Of a stretch of 64,000 bases of DNA, positions 59,296 to 64,000 are shown piece after piece. Every line of letters begins with the position of its first letter. The first letter of the stretch is position 1. The DNA comes from an uncultured Candidatus Saccharibacteria bacterium (GTDB lineage: Bacteria > Patescibacteriota > Dojkabacteria > J137). Made by a program: the position numbers and the translations under genes. Location of the stretch: positions 5,203 through 69,202 of the forward strand of contig CAYTGI010000005.1 of assembly GCA_964437465.1 (NCBI GenBank), given 5' to 3'. Below the pieces are notes generated by a model. The model was not told the DNA's origin, ran no database searches, and saw nothing but the letters and a program-made list of their open reading frames with translations.

Positions 59296-62200
59296 CTACC
59301 ACCTAGTATAAAGTAAACTCTCATGATCACCCTCCTCTTTTGGAATCTCCTGCCAGATCCTTTCACTAATAAAAGGCATAAACGGATGGAGCATTTTTAG
59401 ATATTCTTTAAGAGCAAGTAATAGAACTTTTTGAGCTTCTCTCTTCTCTTCTGGTTTAGCCTCACTAATAATTTCACCAGTTTCTTTATCCTTGAATGTG
59501 TAGATGAATGGTTTTAATGCTTCAATGTATACGTCAGCGAACTCATGCCAGAATCCTTGGTATAAATTATAAGTTGCATGTCCGAATTCAAACTCTTCAA
59601 TATTTTTTGTTATATGTTCTTTAGTCACCTTTACATGCTTAAATAACTTTTTTATTTCTTTAATTTTTAAATCACTCTCCTCTACTCCATAAACTGAGTG
59701 ATCAGCTTTATCCATATCCTCTAAATTCATTAGAACAAACCTTGAAGCATTCCAAATCTTATTGGCAAACTTTTTAAATGTATCTAATTTCTCATGAGTC
59801 ATAGAATAATCTCCTCCAGCTGAGTTTTGGTAGAAGAACACCATTCTAATTGCATCAGTACCGTACTTCTCTCTTAGATCATCAATATACAAAATATTAC
59901 CTTTAGACTTACTCATCTTCTGTCCATCGCTTGCCTTAACAAGACCTGTTAGGAAAAGATTTTTAAAAGGAATATTTCTGTATTTAAAGTAAGTAAACAT
60001 CATCATTCGACTATCCCAATTCTCTAGAATGTCATAAGCTGAAACTAAAACATCACTTGGGAAGAATGTATCCATTAAGTCATATTTACTTAATGTAGCG
60101 TAAACCCACTGACCAGAGCTGAACCAAGTGTCGAGAACGTTTTCGTCTTGGTTCCATTCGGAAGTTGTAAGTTTTGAGTTATGAGTTTCGAGTATTGAGA
60201 ATAGCTTCTCAGAGTAACTACTTGAGTCTTCAGATGCATAATGACCTTTACCTTTTTCTAAGATTACTTGGTCAGCGTTAACTAATTCACCAAATTTTTT
60301 AAACTCTTCTACTGTTCCATGCCGATCATTATCTGAGTGTATTATTATTATTTCTCCGACATATTTTCTTATGTTTTCATAATCTTCAGTTTCTGTTATT
60401 AGTTCTACATATTTACTATCCTTACCATCTTCTCTTGGAACCATTCTGATTCCTGGAGCAAGCATAATTAACTTATTTACTTTAATTTTATTTTCTAAAC
60501 AATATTTAATAAATGCTCTAGCACCAAGAGAATGAGTAACTATTATATCCTTATCAGTAAATTCTATATCATCAAAACCTTCTTTGTAGAATTTATATTC
60601 AGGATTATGAATATTCTTTACAGGAATAATCTCAGTATTATCAAACTTTGCCTCAATCTCTGGATAAATATCTCTGTATGCATAGCCATGTTTCCCAGGT
60701 ATTAAAATAATCTTGCTGTCTGATAACTTGTCAGGACTTTCTTTCTGTACTCTTAAATGATTAGGATTATCGTACTCAAGCTCTACCCACTCATCAGTAC
60801 CTGAAATTTTAATCATCTCACGGACTTGACCGTCAGATCCGATATCTTCTTTAACTTCGCCATGGTACCAAACAGGAAGTCTATAACCCCACCATAATGA
60901 TCTCGATATCGCCCAGTCTCTAAGGTTATTCATCCAGTGGTTATATTTTGAAGTCATTGATTCAGGGTGTAGGGTGATTGCTAACTTATCTGAATCTTTT
61001 TGAGAGGACAAACCATGGTTTGTCCCTACAAGCTTAGAGGAAGCGTTAAATATTTCAATTGCCTGATCAATTTCTTTATCACTCATATCTAAATTAGAAT
61101 CATCTCCATGAACATTTTTAATCATCTTTATAGCAGCTTCTCTAATTCCGTCATATTTTAAGTACCACTGAGAAGATAGGAGAGGCTCGATTGGAGCTTT
61201 TGTTCGCTCAGCTATTTGAATTCTATTTTCATATTTCTCATCAACAAAAACTAAGTTTCCATGTTCCTTCATATCGGGACGCATCTCTTCTCTTGCATTC
61301 TTAGCCTTAATTCCTGAGTATTTCCCAGCAAGGTCATTAAGCTTTAAATCGTAGCCAATAACTTGGATTGCAGGTAAACATTCTTTAGGATGTCTTTGAC
61401 CTATCTCCCAATCCTCTGGAGAGTGGGCAGGGGTAACTTTTAGAAGACCTGTTCCAAAGTCTTTATCTACAGCATAGTCAGAGATAAAGTTTAGCTTTTT
61501 CTTTTCTCCTAAGAACTCAACCTCAATTTCTTTTCCAACAAAATCTTTATATCTTTCATCTTTTGGATCGCACGCGATAGCAGTATCAGCAAAAATAGTC
61601 TCAGGTCTTACAGTTCCAATTACAAATCCATTTCGATAATACTTATCTTCTGAATACTCTTCGAACTTAATTATGTGCGAGCCTGGATAATACTTTGATT
61701 CAAAGTTAAAAATCTCAAAGATTTCTGAATCAAGATCTTCATCAAAGCTCTCGTTAACTATGACGATTTTGTAATTTTCATCTAAGCTCATATGAACTCC
61801 GATTGCTTTTCCAGTTACATCATTATCAATATCTTCGTCAGTGTATCCAATTCCGATAACAGGTAGTCCTTCCTCAGTTTCTCCATGCATAAATGGAAGA
61901 TCATTTTTCTTGTCTTTTGTTTTATTTCTTAATGCTTTAAATGCGACATTTTTGCCTTCATACTTTTGTTTTATCTCCAAAACTTCTTTGACTGGTTCTC
62001 CAATTAAATATTTAAAGTAGAAAAACGGAGTAACTGAATCTTTATACTCTACCTGATTATCAGCAACTGCTGATCTAGCTTTTGGATCCCAATTTACTAA
62101 CCGAACTCCTTTATAGATCATTCCATCTTTATACATTTCAATGAATGTATCTAAAACAATCTCAACAATATCTGGATCAAGGGTAAATGTATTTTTATCA

Positions 62201-62664
62201 AAATCTGCAGAAAGTCCAATATCTTGTTCATCCTTTAAAGCTTGCTCCATGTTCTGCTCAAAAAACTCCATCATCATTTCGTAGAACTTTTCTCTTTCTA
62301 GATCAAATTTATTAATCTTTTTCTTTTCTAGAACTTCTCTAACAAAAACTCCTTCTCCCTCTAATCCTGCGTGATCTTTTCCAGGTAGAACTAAAACTTT
62401 TTTTCCTTTCATTCTTTGATATCTAGCCATTGCATCCATGTATGCGTACCCAGAAATATTACCAATATGTGGTCTTCCGTAAGCATTAGGTGGAGGACAG
62501 ATTAGAGACCAAGCTTCTCGTTTATCATTTTTCATCTCTTCCTGTGAAAGAACTTTATTTGAATTAGGATCAAACTCAGGTTTATACATTCCTGATTCCA
62601 TCCATTTTTTTATTAAGTCTGCTTCGTGGTCTTTTGCGTTGTATCCTCCTTTTGGTAGTGCCAT
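59296..62664 (-). CDS. valS: Valine-tRNA ligase with several insertions and no C-terminal coiled-coil arm
   Basis: PPPN..G.PHIGN, TVRPET, KVTPAH, DWAISRSLWWG, DTWFSS and KMSKS motifs; upstream T-box with a GUA specifier. Confidence 0.93.
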   Translation of the reverse strand: MALPKGGYNAKDHEADLIKKWMESGMYKPEFDPNSNKVLSQEEMKNDKREAWSLICPPPNAYGRPHIGNISGYAYMDAMARYQRMKGKKVLVLPGKDHAGLEGEGVFVREVLEKKKINKFDLEREKFYEMMMEFFEQNMEQALKDEQDIGLSADFDKNTFTLDPDIVEIVLDTFIEMYKDGMIYKGVRLVNWDPKARSAVADNQVEYKDSVTPFFYFKYLIGEPVKEVLEIKQKYEGKNVAFKALRNKTKDKKNDLPFMHGETEEGLPVIGIGYTDEDIDNDVTGKAIGVHMSLDENYKIVIVNESFDEDLDSEIFEIFNFESKYYPGSHIIKFEEYSEDKYYRNGFVIGTVRPETIFADTAIACDPKDERYKDFVGKEIEVEFLGEKKKLNFISDYAVDKDFGTGLLKVTPAHSPEDWEIGQRHPKECLPAIQVIGYDLKLNDLAGKYSGIKAKNAREEMRPDMKEHGNLVFVDEKYENRIQIAERTKAPIEPLLSSQWYLKYDGIREAAIKMIKNVHGDDSNLDMSDKEIDQAIEIFNASSKLVGTNHGLSSQKDSDKLAITLHPESMTSKYNHWMNNLRDWAISRSLWWGYRLPVWYHGEVKEDIGSDGQVREMIKISGTDEWVELEYDNPNHLRVQKESPDKLSDSKIILIPGKHGYAYRDIYPEIEAKFDNTEIIPVKNIHNPEYKFYKEGFDDIEFTDKDIIVTHSLGARAFIKYCLENKIKVNKLIMLAPGIRMVPREDGKDSKYVELITETEDYENIRKYVGEIIIIHSDNDRHGTVEEFKKFGELVNADQVILEKGKGHYASEDSSSYSEKLFSILETHNSKLTTSEWNQDENVLDTWFSSGQWVYATLSKYDLMDTFFPSDVLVSAYDILENWDSRMMMFTYFKYRNIPFKNLFLTGLVKASDGQKMSKSKGNILYIDDLREKYGTDAIRMVFFYQNSAGGDYSMTHEKLDTFKKFANKIWNASRFVLMNLEDMDKADHSVYGVEESDLKIKEIKKLFKHVKVTKEHITKNIEEFEFGHATYNLYQGFWHEFADVYIEALKPFIYTFKDKETGEIISEAKPEEKREAQKVLLLALKEYLKMLHPFMPFISERIWQEIPKEEGDHESLLYTRW
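61002..61029 (-). repeat. GTAG-type REP palindrome inside valS
   Basis: Perfect 20-bp palindrome GGACAAACCATGGTTTGTCC (61006-61025), preceded by GTAG on the minus strand. Confidence 0.75.
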
Positions 62665-62680
62665 GTTCAAAGTATAAAAA

Positions 62681-62717
62681 GTACTTATGTACTTAAGTAC
62701 CTAGGTACTTGTGTACT
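62681..62717. repeat. Degenerate GTAC tandem repeat (5 units)
   Basis: GTACTTAT GTACTTAA GTACCTAG GTACTTGT GTAC. Confidence 0.8.
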
Positions 62718-62728
62718 ATATATTCTTT

Positions 62729-62873
62729 GAGGACTACTCAATGGCAGTGGTACCACCTCTATTTCCCGATGAAGAATCGGAACACTTATTACAGCTATTT
62801 CGGGCATACCCGGAGGATTTTACTACTTTCGGTTCTTTCCTCAGCACACCTGTGACAAGCAAGTGTATTGCTT
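62729..62873 (-). promoter_or_regulatory. T-box leader (Val)
   Basis: Antiterminator GAGG-TGGTACC-AC...GT-CCTC; stem III CCGAT/ATCGG; GCTGAG distal-loop-like motif; GAAAGTAGTA specifier region. Confidence 0.8.
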
Positions 62874-62910
62874 AACAGATTATATCTTAGTTTTTTACTA
62901 CGTGCCAGAA

Positions 62911-63618
62911 TTATTCAGTATTTGAAGGTTCTATAACTGTATTTACAACTCCAGAATTATATATCGAATCGTTATTAGGGTTGTAAAGTACGATTACTTG
63001 ATTTTCAGGGAAAACTGCAATTATATCTCCAGTTTGAGCTCTTGAATAGAAGTCTGGGTCTTGAGATACCAGTTGTTGTGGGTCTTCGACTACTGAAGCT
63101 TGAGGAACTTCTTCTTCTCCTTCAGCAATTAAACCCTCAGATTTAGCTCTTGCTAGGATTTTATTTAAAAGTTCAACTTCATTATTCTGAGCTATTTGCC
63201 CTGGTGATGGCCCATCATAAACTACTGATCTTCCATCTCTTCTATAAATGATCATTCTATCTTGATAAACAACAACATAATCTCCAGGTTGTGAATCTTT
63301 ATAGACTTCTTCTTGAATTGAATTTCCGTTCCTTAGTTCATTTAGAATATTTTGATCTAATTCAACAATATCAACAGGTACTAGGCTTTGACTTACTCCA
63401 GCTACATTTCTAACTTCTTTTAATATCTGGTCACCAAGTGTTTCTCTAGGAATGAAAAGTCCATATGCCAATAAACCAAAAATTCCAATCTGAAGAATAA
63501 TTACAGTAAAAATTATAAATTTTAAGCCTTTCATATTATTTGAGTTTTCTTTTTTCGAAGTGCCAATATTTGTTTGCTTTGCATTGTTATACTGATTTTG
63601 ATAATTCATTTTAACCAT
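62911..63618 (-). CDS. Membrane-anchored hypothetical protein with an internally duplicated domain
   Basis: TM; YKDSQPGDYVVVY versus YSRAQTGDIIAVF. Confidence 0.7.
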   Translation of the reverse strand: MVKMNYQNQYNNAKQTNIGTSKKENSNNMKGLKFIIFTVIILQIGIFGLLAYGLFIPRETLGDQILKEVRNVAGVSQSLVPVDIVELDQNILNELRNGNSIQEEVYKDSQPGDYVVVYQDRMIIYRRDGRSVVYDGPSPGQIAQNNEVELLNKILARAKSEGLIAEGEEEVPQASVVEDPQQLVSQDPDFYSRAQTGDIIAVFPENQVIVLYNPNNDSIYNSGVVNTVIEPSNTE

Positions 63619-63746
63619 TTAATCTATACATTATTGAATATTTATAATAATTTTACAAGATCTCAAGTAGGTAAATAGATTGAGTTTTATATTTGAATGA
63701 CACAGAAACTATTAAACTGTAGAATTATATATTGATTTTTACTTTT

Positions 63747-64000
63747 ATGCAGATTTTACTTGGAATAGTTCTTTTTATACTGGCGATTTCAACGCTGTTA
63801 TTCTTTAACGCCAGAAGAAAATATTTACAGAACAGCGTAAACGAGATAATTCCAAAGATCGTCGTACTTAAAGTCTCAATACCATTAAATAATGATAAGA
63901 AACCCATTGCAGCTGAACAGCTAATGCAAGCTATTCACGGTACTCTTAGGTCAGATTCAAAAGGAATGGTTCCTTTTAGTTTTGAAATTGTAGCTAATCA
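63747..64000 (+). CDS. N-terminus of a probable VirD4/TraG/DUF87-like ATPase, runs off the right edge
   Basis: Manual translation MQILLGIVLF...AAEQLMQAIHG...FSFEIVA; the ATPase motifs would lie outside the window. Confidence 0.5.
   Translation, partial: MQILLGIVLFILAISTLLFFNARRKYLQNSVNEIIPKIVVLKVSIPLNNDKKPIAAEQLMQAIHGTLRSDSKGMVPFSFEIVAN

Noticed and set aside
639-63907. Short shadow ORFs in the track (e.g. 639-878, 2589-2813, 18362-18619, 22956-23240, those within rpoB/rpoC, 63725-63907)
   Set aside because: They are antisense or off-frame to well-supported genes
1-64000. tRNA or rRNA genes
   Set aside because: None recognised by eye; not verified with tRNAscan

Overview
AT-rich bacterial chromosome segment in standard code 11. 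It most resembles a Patescibacteria/CPR genome, possibly Dojkabacteria; this is inferred from gene content and sequence style. Housekeeping genes are rpsT, tyrS, fni, a tsaC-tsaE fusion, trxA/trxB, infB, rodA, rpoB-rpoC-rpsL-rpsG and valS. Accessory loci are an NpmA/KamB-like rRNA methylase, tyrA under an apparent Tyr leader-peptide attenuator, a membrane-tethered ECF sigma flanked by four pacifastin/vWC-like surface proteins, and two S74-chaperone fibre proteins. A 6.5-kb island holds five toxin-antitoxin cassettes separated by short tandem repeats; three toxins are disrupted. The most unusual feature lies inside that island: a roughly 50% GC secreted-protein gene (31848-33098) whose long 5' and 3' non-coding flanks are complementary to each other in nested order. 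This predicts a large multi-branched RNA that loops out the ORF. Also notable are a degenerate RNA polymerase trigger loop, extra domains and a REP palindrome inside ValRS, a T-box without a terminator, and widespread leaderless promoter geometry. All calls were made by eye; no database search or folding program was run.
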